This document shows, in pieces, positions 1 through 12,500 of a stretch of 64,000 bases of DNA. Within the stretch, counting starts at the first letter, position 1; each line of letters opens with the position of its first letter. Source of the DNA: Parasitella parasitica NRRL 2501 (lineage: Eukaryota > Fungi > Mucoromycota); assembly GCA_025201805.1 (NCBI GenBank), contig MU619265.1, positions 179,394-243,393 of the forward strand, in the 5' to 3' direction. The position numbers were made by a program, and so were the translations under genes. Under the pieces are notes generated by a model. It was given only the letters and a program-made list of their open reading frames with translations. It did no database searches and was not told where the DNA came from.

Positions 1-1042
1 AAAATTGAATTATATATTATCACATAGCAGCATTGAAAGATATAGGGAAGAAAGGGATTCAAATTTATTATTACTATATATATGAAAAATAAAGCGTGGC
101 TCTGAGAGCATTTACCACATTTCCAGCCTTCGCTTCGGCAACATTTTGATTTCAGTTAAATCCGATTTTTAGCCTCTAATAACAATTTTTCAGTATAGCA
201 TTTACTAAGATTATCACATTTAAATTAGTTCAGCTTTATATACAAAATGTTTATTTTGTCCTTGTACGCCAATTTTTTTGAGGTTTAACGAAAAGTAGAA
301 ATTTAATATATTCCAAAATTTTGAAGTGTCTCGCAGTCCAAACAAAATATAAAAAATACCATCCGATAGAAAATTAATTGTTTAGTGATTGGCATTATCT
401 TTATATAGAATATTTATCAGCTGAATTGTACTCGAAAAAATCTTTTCAAGATTTTTTGCTTCCTTTTTTTGTTTTTTGTGGCAATTCTATCAAAATTTCG
501 TCCCAGGTGCAAACAAAATTTAACGTCCGCACTACCTGCTTTTTCTCGCTAGCATTACCTTGGGAGCCTGTATACGACGATGACAGACATCTAATATATA
601 TTGAAAACCAACATCAAATGTATTTAGAAAAGTAACAGGTTAATTAATTCTTGGAATCGCCCTAATTTTGGTAATAGGGGAATGTCATTTAAAGGGATCT
701 GCATGGAACGAGCATATACTTTCTTGATGAGCAAGGTAGATTCAAAGTATCCAGACACTGGAATTGTAGTTTCCCACTATAAAACAAAGGCCAAGTATTT
801 AAGCTGAGACATTCGGTTAAATAGCTTGCTGGTAGTCATTGCCGACAGGATTTTACTGTATGTGATACCTAACATTGTTTAATCGTCATTTTCTTTTATT
901 TTGTCCCAGTAGCATTTGGAGTTCATAGGTGAATCTAGTTCATTATCTTTTATGATAACACTGAAATGAACACTGATTTTTTCATGAATTTAATTTGGTT
1001 GACTTGGAAAATGGTGGCCAAAGAAAGAACTCCTCTAAATGC

Positions 1043-2404
1043 TCAACTTTTACGCAAATTTTGGATAAACAAAGATGTAAAGATAGCTGAATTATCCCCA
1101 ATAGACTGATAAGTGCTGGTTAAATTCCAGTAAAATTGAGGATAAGAGGGTATGAAACGCGAGGGCCCTAACTGACCATTGGATTTTTCTCGCTGTGCTT
1201 GCCGATATGCGTCCAATTCTGACACTGGGAATAAAATTTCATCTAGTTTAGTCATAGAGTTCAGCTTTGAATCTTCAGAAGACCAAATGTTGGCAGCATC
1301 CCAGTCTCGTTTGTTTAATTTAATGGCGCCCTGATTGCGCTTTGTTTGCTGCAATGATTTTGATACGGCTAGTGCTGTTTGCAGCTCCTCATCCAGTTTA
1401 TCTTGTTGCCTTTGATTAGTTTCAGATATACGAGTAACGTGGACGATGACCTTATCAGAGAAGTCGTTTTCGTTGTCGTCTTCGCCATGGCTGTCGTGAA
1501 TGCAGGCCACTAATTGATGTTCTGGTATTTTCAGTGGTAAGCGTGACAAAGTTTTATCGGGTATGGTAGAAGAGGTAGCGACAGAAGGAACAGGTGCATG
1601 GCCCCATCCAATCCATTGAAATTTTTTTAGTAGCTGGGGAACAGATAATTGATTTCGCCTAGCACATTGCTTTATGTGTATGATTTTTTGCTTTAGTGTG
1701 CGATTATTAAATGGCCCAAATTCATGACAGACAGGGCAAAGGTCCAATGTGCTTAAAAAGGGTACATGTTGGCCAGCAAACATAGACTCTTGATTTTGTT
1801 TTTCAAGGTAATCTGCCTCGTCAAGGCAGATATTGATATGAATTTGTCTTCTTTCCGAATTGAAATGCGTCAAATTCTTGCCACAAAATACACAATCATC
1901 GAACTCCAGGTCTTGTTCTCTTCCTTGAGAATTGCTTTCAATTAGAATACAATCTTCCACATGCTTCTGGCGAACATAGCTTGATCTCACATGCGATAAG
2001 TCTTGGCTGCAAATAGGACAGGCATATTCATCTAACTTTGGGTGGTTTTGTGGTGAATATTGGGTTTGCGTTTGATGACTGTCCTGTAGCTTTACGTTGC
2101 ATGGCCATTGCTCACATTCGGGTTCTATCTTCACGCTTTTAAAGTCCTTGCACTCTTCTAGCTTGGCTATTTCTGATTTAAAATTGCATTCGTTCTTTTT
2201 GGCTATAGTTGGAGGTGCTGTTTCTTCGTATGCAGGTTCAGGCTTAATCTCAAATTGGGATTGCTGCGAAGACGAGTTACTTTGATCACGAGATTTGGAT
2301 AGAGAGATTGCTGTTTTCCCCCTTTTAGAGGTGTTGTTTGGATCCAAATCAAACAGTCTTTTCAATGAAAAGGTGCGCTGTGTTTTGGGAGGGACTTTTT
2401 CCAT
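1043..2404 (-). CDS. SLX4-like N-terminal protein (three UBZ-type zinc fingers + MLR-like helix); no SAP/SBD domain visible
   Basis: ORF with CPICSQDLSH..RQKHVEDC, CVFCGKNLTHFNSERRQIHINICLD and CPVCHEF..IIHIKQCARRNQLSVPQLL, followed by ELQTALAVSKSL. This resembles metazoan SLX4 UBZ1/UBZ2 and MLR. First in-frame ATG is at 2404 (the ORF track starts at a TTG). Confidence 0.6.
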   Translation of the reverse strand: MEKVPPKTQRTFSLKRLFDLDPNNTSKRGKTAISLSKSRDQSNSSSQQSQFEIKPEPAYEETAPPTIAKKNECNFKSEIAKLEECKDFKSVKIEPECEQWPCNVKLQDSHQTQTQYSPQNHPKLDEYACPICSQDLSHVRSSYVRQKHVEDCILIESNSQGREQDLEFDDCVFCGKNLTHFNSERRQIHINICLDEADYLEKQNQESMFAGQHVPFLSTLDLCPVCHEFGPFNNRTLKQKIIHIKQCARRNQLSVPQLLKKFQWIGWGHAPVPSVATSSTIPDKTLSRLPLKIPEHQLVACIHDSHGEDDNENDFSDKVIVHVTRISETNQRQQDKLDEELQTALAVSKSLQQTKRNQGAIKLNKRDWDAANIWSSEDSKLNSMTKLDEILFPVSELDAYRQAQREKSNGQLGPSRFIPSYPQFYWNLTSTYQSIGDNSAIFTSLFIQNLRKS

Positions 2405-2597
2405 ATTATTTGTTGATGACAAGCAGCATCGTTTTTATTGAATTGTACGGAGTTGTACTAAAGCTATGCATCGCGCCGACTGTTGTCCGGGGAAAGGTTT
2501 TTCTCGCTTGATTCAAGGCCGAAAATCAAAAAAAGAGGATGCATCCATACAAGAGTTATGAGATCCTCCTCTTTTCTTTGACAGATCTTCAGCAACC

Positions 2598-3418
2598 ATG
2601 GTCAAATTCATCAAGGCTGGTAAAGTACGTATCAAAAACCATATCGACTTAATTTAGAAAGATCAGCAAAAACTATGGATGGATGCAATTTTCCCATCTC
2701 AACCATCATCTCGCACAAAAACTCAGTTCTCATTTTTTTGTTTTACAATAGGTTGTCGTTATTTTGCAAGGTCGTTATGCCGGCAAGAAGGCCGTCGTCG
2801 TCCGTAGTACGTAGTTTTTATTATTATGAGAGGGACAGAGAGAAAAGAGATGTAGAATACGCTTAGTTCTGCATTTGCGTGCACCACAACAGCCATAAAT
2901 TACGAACCATGTTATGACAGCTCAATTGCTCGATGTAGACATAGCTATATTCAAAATAGCACACGGCATTCCATCTCAATTTTCTTTGATCTCTTTGCGG
3001 CAGATATAGGTACTAATATGAGATAATTAGACCACGATGAAGGAACCAAAGACAGACCCTATGGTTATGCCGTCGTCGCTGGTGTCGAACGTTCTCCTCT
3101 CAAGGTCACCAAGGCCATGGGCAAGAAAAAGACTGCCAAGCGCTCTAAAGTCAAGCCTTTTGTCAAGATTGTTAATTACAACCACATGATGCCTACTCGG
3201 TAATTATGCTTGGTACACATTTGGTTGACGTTGTTCATTAACATGATTGTACTACTAGTTACGGTTTGGAATTAGAACAAATCAAGGGTACTGTCTCTGC
3301 TGACACTTTCAAGGAACCTACTCAACGTGAAGACTCCAAGAAGGTTATCAAGAAGCTCTTTGAAGAGCGTTACCAAACTGGTAAGAACAAGTGGTTTTTC
3401 AGCAAGCTTAGATTTTAA
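2598..3418 (+). CDS. RPL27: 60S ribosomal protein L27 (eL27), 4 exons
   Basis: Spliced translation MVKFIKAGK|[18 protein letters not shown]|[21 protein letters not shown]...NYNHMMPTR|YGLELEQ...[11 protein letters not shown]; canonical GT-AG introns. Confidence 0.97.
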
Positions 3419-3864
3419 GCATATCCAAGAAAAAATACACGTTCTGTCATTTTCTTTATAAATTGCAAATAAATTCATAAAGAAACTCCATTTTTGAATT
3501 TTGTATGCGCCTAATTGGTTGTGTGCCATTGTTGATTGCCAATTTGTATCTGATTCCTAGACAAAAGCTATGCTGATAACATCTTGATCAGATGTACATT
3601 GCCTTGTCACATTTCGAAAGACGGATCAAGTAAATTGAAAGAGTAGATTCTAATGTTTTCGTTTGAACATTTGCCGGACACTGGCAAGTAGCAATGTGTT
3701 ACGGACCGGGAGAACATGCAATCACAAGCGGATAAACAAATCGATAGCAATTAAAAGGTGTCAAATCTAGCAAGCAAAAGAAGCCTTCTCTTTCCCTGCA
3801 CATACAAGTATGTATACATCCATCGAGTATTATCCATCAAGTACTAATCATCCATCCTGAAGAC

Positions 3865-4827
3865 ATGTCTCGTGTTCCTTCAATTCTCAGCCCTACCGAG
3901 GAAGATATCAAGCTCCTTTTGAGTGCCCAATGCCATATTGGTACCAAGAATGCCAACACCCGTATGTCTCCTTATGTCCACAAGCGTCGTGCTGATGGTA
4001 ATTAATTGCTTGCTGCCGTATGTAATAGTGTAGTTTATTTACGTGGAATGCTGTAGGTATCAACTTGATCAACATTGGTAAGACTTGGGAGAAGCTCATC
4101 TTGGCTGCTCGTGTCATTGCTGCCATTGAGAACGTAAGTATATATATATATATATTTGTTGGACAAGATTTGGAGGAGGAAAATGCTGACATGTGTAAAT
4201 TCTGTGTAGCCTCAAGACATTGTTGTCGTCTCTGCTCGTCCTTACGGTCACCGTGCCGCTCTCAAGTTCGCCAGATACATTGGTGCCGAAGCTATTGTTG
4301 GTCGTTATACTCCTGGTACTTTCACCAATTACATTACTCGTTCTTTCCGTGAACCTCGTTTGGTTATCTGTACCGATCCTCGTTCTGATTTCCAAGCCAT
4401 CCTCGAAGCTTCTTATGTCAATGTCCCTGTTATCTCTCTCGCTGATACTGATGCTTCTCTCAAGTTCGTTGATGTTGCCATCCCCACCAACAACAAGGGT
4501 AAGCATGCTATTGGTTTGATCTACTGGCTTTTGGCTCGTGCCGTCCTCCGTCTCCGTGGAACTCTTGACTACGAGACCGCTTGGGATGTCATGGTTGATA
4601 TGTTCTTCTACCGTGATCCTGAAGAGATTGAAAAGGAGAATGCTGAGGAGAATGCTGAAGACGAATTTGCCGCTGCCACCGAAGCTGCCACTGGCGAATG
4701 GGGTGTTGAAGTTGAGGCCGACGGTGTTGCTGGTATTGCTGCCGCTGCCGAGTGGTCTGCTCAAGCTACCACTGCTGACTGGGCTGATGAGACTGAGCCT
4801 GCCGCCAACTCTTCTTGGGATGCTTAA
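3865..4827 (+). CDS. RPS0: 40S ribosomal protein S0/SA (uS2)
   Basis: [29 protein letters not shown]..., [76 protein letters not shown]. Two coding introns plus a likely 5'UTR intron (~3808-3862). Confidence 0.97.
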
Positions 4828-5113
4828 ATAAACTCTTTCTTTTTTTTTTTCTCATAGAAATAAAACATAAAGATTATATTATATGTATACAACCTAAAAA
4901 ATAAGGAGTGCTTTTATTTTATCTTATTGGGCTTCTTTAATAAGGAGATGTCATTTGTCTTTTATTTGGATGAAGTGTGTAAAATAAAATAAACAAATCT
5001 TTTGTGACACATGCAACATATTAAGTAGGGTAATTTATTTTCTTTTACGTTTCTTTTTTCCTCTCCTCTCAATTCATTCCTCTCCTTAAGATAGAAAACC
5101 ACTTTGCAAATCA

Positions 5114-6247
<1,134 letters not shown>

Positions 6248-7947
6248 GCATATAATGTTAGTGTATGTCACTTAATTTCAGGAGATAAATGTATACATAT
6301 AAATCGCTTTTACTCTAAATTTCAATTTCTTTTTAATTCAGGATCTTACTCCTAAAAGAAGACAATCACCACGGTATACCATGTTTTCTTTTCTTATTGT
6401 TTTTTTCTGAAGCGCATTATCTACCGCTGCAAACAGAAGAAAATCTCTGTCCCTAATTTACCAGCCCAGACCTGTAATAAAACAGCGAAAAATAAGCGAA
6501 AAATAAGCGTTGGTCTGTATTGTTTGCAAACTCTCACTAAAAACATCGATGTTGGGTATTTTTACTCAAATGGACCCGAGTAACCATTGATTCTGTGTTA
6601 AGAAAATTGAATTTTCTCTACTGGGATGAAAACAGTAAATGGGAGGCAGGGTGCATACAATTCATCTCCTCTCAATTAGTTAATACATTGCCTTCATATC
6701 TGCATAAGCGCTATTGATGTATTCTAGGCTACAGCACCTTAATCTAAACAGTTATTTTGGTAAAAAAAAAAAAAAAAGAAAAAAAAGGCGGGAGGGGAAG
6801 GATGGAAGGTACATTGTCCAATATAGAGATCATACTGTCATCAAAAGATAGTTTTCTCTGGTTCGAAACCTCTCGCAGTTTATATCTAGTGCTGGTTATA
6901 TTCATGTTAATACATGAATGGCACAAAATTTACCAAGAACGTCAAAACCACACATTTTTCTTAAAATGCTCACCCACACAAATAGAATAAACTCTGTTGC
7001 ACCTTGATTAAAAAAAATGCAAACCAATTCGAGTCAATCTTGAGGCACGAATAGCGTAGCATGGTATTTTTTCGTTGTTGATCTTAAAAGAAATTAAAAA
7101 AAGCATCGCAACGAGGACATGCACAATTCAAGACCTTACATATGCTTACATTTTATAGTTTTGGCTATATTTACCACGAATAACTGATAAGTGATCTGGT
7201 GCAATGAATTCTTGGTTTGTTTTCATCGCCTGAAACAGTCTGATAAGAGGCTAACTGTTCAGTTTAGTGAATGTTATCACTTTTAATGATGCTAAGCTGG
7301 ACAAAGCTGTAAAAAAGGGGCCACTCACAGCTAATACACTCGGCATTTGAAAACGGCAACCCATTTAGAAACGAATAGTACTTTTTGGATCGCCATGGGT
7401 TGCCTCAAGACATTCGCGCTAATAATGTCTAGATTCAAACTGTGTAAAAAGAACGCGGATCATTTAGAATGTCTCATAATAATCTAATGAATCCTCTTGG
7501 CTAGCACTATTAATATGACGCAGCCTTTGCCAGTGATAAATAGTGGCAACAACTGTGTGGCGAATCGGAGCAGCAACGTACAAGTGAATCTTGGGAATGA
7601 AACGGCCTAAAATTAGATTTGCAATAATCTTCTTTGATTATTATAAATAATAGGACATAAGATTTGTTTGAACAACAAACAATGTGATTTCTGTCAACAT
7701 GTCAATTGTACTACCTACGTTTGAAATGGCCTACCGCATACACATAGCATCAATTTGATAGTACATCTGTTGCAAATCTTCCATCTTCCAAGGCTCACTC
7801 AGTTTACTCCGAATCAAGATATTTTAGTCAGAGGGGCCAGGTCCCACCATTTTTGATTATTATATAGTGGATGTCAAAACTATAATTAAACTTTCTTTTT
7901 TTCTGCTTCTTTCTCTTTCTTTCTTTAGATCTTAACAATTGAAGGAA

Positions 7948-9337
7948 ATGGTATAATCCAGCTACAGATGACAAAAACATTGATGCTGACATGTCATATC
8001 TGAATAGGGTTGTTGTGGAGATAGCAAACCGAAATGGAAACGAGAGATTGTCCCTGATCATAAATTCGAAAATATCGATCTCGATTCATTTTACAAAACA
8101 TCTTGCAGTTCTCGCTGTGGACATCTGTTTATTTTTGTCCTAAGTCTCAAGTCATTTGCAGTATATGTGGCAGATTTGTGGACAGCAGGTATAAAATCAC
8201 CTTCTTGATTAGTAATTCTCCTTTGATTAACTATATCCATATATGTATATAGTATCACTTCTGGTAATTGGTCAAACGACTGTAACACCAGCCATTCCAA
8301 CAGAATACTCAAAATGGATTTTCTTTGCCTGTATCATGGTATCATTCTTACTGCTGATTTGGGACATGTTCAAGGCTCGCCGTATATTGAAAACACAAGA
8401 CATTTCATTTGCATTCACTTCAGTCATTGCCAACCGATATTTATCCATGAAAGATTACCGATACTATTGCCTATTCCAGGCCATCAACTCCAATAGTAAA
8501 GGGATTGACAGTTATGCCTTTTTCATTTTCTTTCAATTGAAAGGCTGGAAACGGTTGTTGCTGGCCGAAGCGCCTCGTCAGGTAATCAACATAGTTACTT
8601 TAGAAGCGTTGGCTCCTGAATGGCTCAAAATTCATAATGGGTCAATCAGTTTCGATAATCAAGTGCTGGGTGAGAATCTGTTGCAACAAATTCTGACAGG
8701 CACAATGGCATTCTCTGTGTTGCTCTTCGCAATCTCGTTCATCCTTGTTTGCGTTGCTGCTGTCTTGTACATACCTTTGTTTTGTCATATTCGCGGGAAT
8801 CTAAAAGAATATTGCTGTCATAAGGTGGATAAACGCATCAGTGAGATTCTTCGCAAGCAAGGTTATCGTAAAAACAGTGGTGGAAAAAATAATCTATCGT
8901 GTGAAAATGAACTACTCGTCGATCAAAGCGGATATTATAAACGACCATTAGCTGCCAGCAATGCTTCAACAACACCATTTTTTGAATATGAGAAATCGTC
9001 CATTTTCCAATCACCAGCGATGTCTTTGCCTGGCCTGCAACATCAAAATAACACACCTATTAGTGAACATCGGTTGTTAAACAATAATAATAATGGATAC
9101 TTTGATGAATATCAGAGCGAGATGGAAGGATCTGGCGTAAGTATAAGTCAACAGTATTTCCCTCGACCTGTTGCACATCAATTGCCGTATCAGAATCGCT
9201 CTTATGGACAGTACTCACCGCTGGTAAATATTATGCCAAGCGTTCAACACACGCAGACAGCGAGCACTCCTCCGCCTTCTTCGACTTGTGTGAATGAACA
9301 ACGCTACCAAAAAAGAAATTATCCGCATGGCTATTAA
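7948..9337 (+). CDS. Kch1/Kch2 (Prm6)-family fungal low-affinity potassium transporter
   Basis: Spliced N-terminus (M)GCCGDSKPKWKREIVPDHKFENIDLDSF; motifs YVADLWTA, FFQLKGWKRLLLAEAPRQVIN, LYIPLFCHIRGNLKEYCCHKVDKRISEIL. Confidence 0.8.
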
Positions 9338-9545
9338 ATCTTATTTGAAAATGTGGAAGCTGTTACTTATCGTCTTTATAATATCAACTGTACATAAATC
9401 TATCTTGTAAAATAAAAAACCTATGCTTCCTAATTCTGTACATAACGAGAATAGTTTTGTGTTGCGTTTCGTTGCGAATATAATGAATATTCAGTGTAGT
9501 ATTTATAAGTTTTATTAAATTTTGCAATTATATGTCGAAGTGAAT

Positions 9546-12500
9546 TTACCAGAATGCACACCTAAATATAGCAGTTAAATCAACCTGAAAATTAAGCAAA
9601 AAGGTAAACACTAACCATCCAACATAACATTGACATAGATTTTCTAACGATGTGGCCTGCTGGATCAGTTTCTCCACTTGGGTAGGAACATCCAACGTTA
9701 CCCGATGGTTAAAATCACGACCTGTCAACTTGTTTGACACTCTATTCACTACAGCAACAGCTCTAGAATTCAATAATTCGGGTCCTTGAGGGTTTTCTAT
9801 CAAATAAAGTAAGTTAGTTGCATGCAAACTACTGTTACAACAAAATGAAATCTACCATTAGCTACAGCTTCAACTTCGATGCGATTCAATCTTCGGCTGA
9901 CTGAAAAGTTACGATGACCATCATCGGGTCCATCTTCATGGACCATACTTTCCATACCTCTCATGCGGTCATCTAATAATTATACAAAAGGTGAGATAGA
10001 ACCTTTGGTCATATTTGCCACTTACTTTGAGCCGGGCTTTGAGGCTGTGTATTCAGCAATCTCCAATTGATCAAAGGGTCATAAACAAAGGCTTCTAATA
10101 CAGCCATCAAACTTTCCTTGTTGTCTCGCAATACACGCATTACATGCTCACAGGTCGTTCGGAAATTACCTTCAATGCCACTAACTTCCATCGCTTTAAC
10201 GAGCATACGAGTCAAGCGGAAAGGAATCTTTTCAGGGAACTTTTCACGATGCATTGCCACTTCAAAACAATCGCCAAAGTCAATATGAACAACTTTGCCA
10301 GTTACACGATGAAGCATAAGATTGGAAGGATGGCGATCACCGAGGCCCAAGATATAACCTACCATAGACATCACGGCAAGAGATCGGGTATAATTTGTAC
10401 GTCTGTCTAGCCATGCTTCAGAGTTGCGACTCTTTAACCAAAGAACATTATATAAATCTTGGCCGCTTGTCTTTTCAAAAGCATATTGCAGTACTTCGAC
10501 TTTTTGAATTACTGTCAGATTGTCGTAATCAGGAGCCATCTGAAGCATAAGACGATGCTCCAAGTTGAGCAAGATCTTTCTGCTATCTCTGTAATCTCGG
10601 ATGAGCGTGTGCAAGGTATCAGTTTCTGTAACCCAGCCAATTAAGCCTGAATTGGGCGACAAAGGCACTGCAGGGTAACGCTGGATGTTAAGATGGCGTT
10701 TGAAGGTCTCAGCATCATTGGTAAGCAGCGTATTGACTAGGCCAAACAGCTGCATGACACGCTCGTCTTGACGGAGATCTTCATGGCCCTTAAGCAAGTA
10801 CATGTAATCCTTGCCATCGCTACCCACGATTGTCAATTTTCTTGGTCTCTGCTTGGAAGCAATAACACTCAAACTAGGGTTGAATTTAGCAATGCGGACA
10901 ATGGGTTCGCCACTACGATAGTAACCAGGTACACAGAGTTCCAGATTACGGGCTTCCAGCAACTGAGGAGATATATACTGCAGTTCCAAGCTAGTCAGCT
11001 GAGGCAATTGTCTTACGATGCGTCGAAACACTTGGTAATAAAGCTCCCAAGCTTGATTCAAGTTGTTAAGGTCTCGATTCTCTTGATAGCGATGACACCA
11101 TTCTTGAGCTTCCTGTAAATCACGGCCAAACGCTTGCACGAATGACTCTTCACGCATAGTTTCAGGTCCACGATCCAACATTTGATGCAATGGCTCCAAC
11201 GTAGCAAACATGGCTTCGACGTTGCGATCACCAAAATAAAGACGAGAAGCCTCTTCAAGCCCTTCATGCCACATTTCGTGCCATAAAATAGCTACACGAA
11301 TCAGCTCTTGACTGACCATCAATGCCTGTTCCACTAAAACTGCACTGTGCATTCTCATGCGATCCATAATAACAAATGTTGCTCTTCTACGAGGCACGCT
11401 CTGAGATTTTGAAGCCACAGTCAGCGAGTACACAAGTGCTTGAGGATGTTCGCGGCCAATATCAGTCAGTAGTTGATGAATCAAAAGACGTACTGTGGCA
11501 TTCGGAGCATGGATACGAGCAATCAACTGGGGAATAACCTGTAACCAAACATCGATGCTGATGGTGCCAAAACCTTCGCCGATAGCAGCGCTGACTTCAG
11601 CCTGATATCCATACTTGAACCACAATGTCAAGAGACGCAATGTGTCCTGTAGCGAGTTTTCTTTGGAAAGAGCAATGGATCTGAAGAAGCCTTGAACAGC
11701 CGGCACAATATGGTGATTAAAAATCTGCGCTGGCAGTTGATCAGGGTGGAGTCTTTCGTGATAGTCGATAATGTCGAAATTAGCTAATGCCCAAGAATGC
11801 CATGCTTTGTACCAGTTTTGATCAAATCGAGTAGCAAGTAAGAAGGAACACAGGATCTCTGGGATGGTTTCTTGTGATAATTCGTAGGAAAGAGCACGCT
11901 GCCATTCACCTTGACGAAGATAGCAACGACTTAATAAACGAGTATACTCTGCAACATCATCAGTGATGCGACTAGGATCAATGGGCATACTGACAGCCAT
12001 CTCATCTGGATTCAAGCCAAGATCTTGCGTCTTTTGAGCAGTGAAATCGCGCAGAATGCTTAAGGCTCTAGCTCGAATAGCAGGAGCCTTCTCAGCAGGT
12101 GCAATAGACGCAGAATCCCACATGTGCTTCAGTTGAGCGTAGACAATCTTGGGATGAGGAGTGCCTGAGCCATCGCCATCAACCTCCATAAGACTGCGCA
12201 GTGTCTTTTCAGATAAAGAGAAACGCCCGCTCTTGCGACAAAGGTTAGCAAACTTGATCCACATTTCCATGTCTTCTTGAGGAGAGATAACCATGGTCCT
12301 CACTCGTAAAATGCGCTGCCATACTTCAACATTGCGCTCGCAACCTTCCAAACGTTTAACCCAGGTGCGTCTGATCTCCCCTTGTCGCTCGATATCGTTG
12401 GCAGACTGTTTGTAAATGATCATTTCTTCCAGCTCTGCAAGCATCTGTACGCGAACAACAGTGGCATAAGCACGGTTATAACTTTCGCCTAGCAAAGCTG

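Noticed and set aside
4114-4764. 216-aa antisense ORF over RPS0, and similar antisense ORFs over TOR and NOG1
   Set aside because: Expected by-product of strong codon bias on the sense strand.
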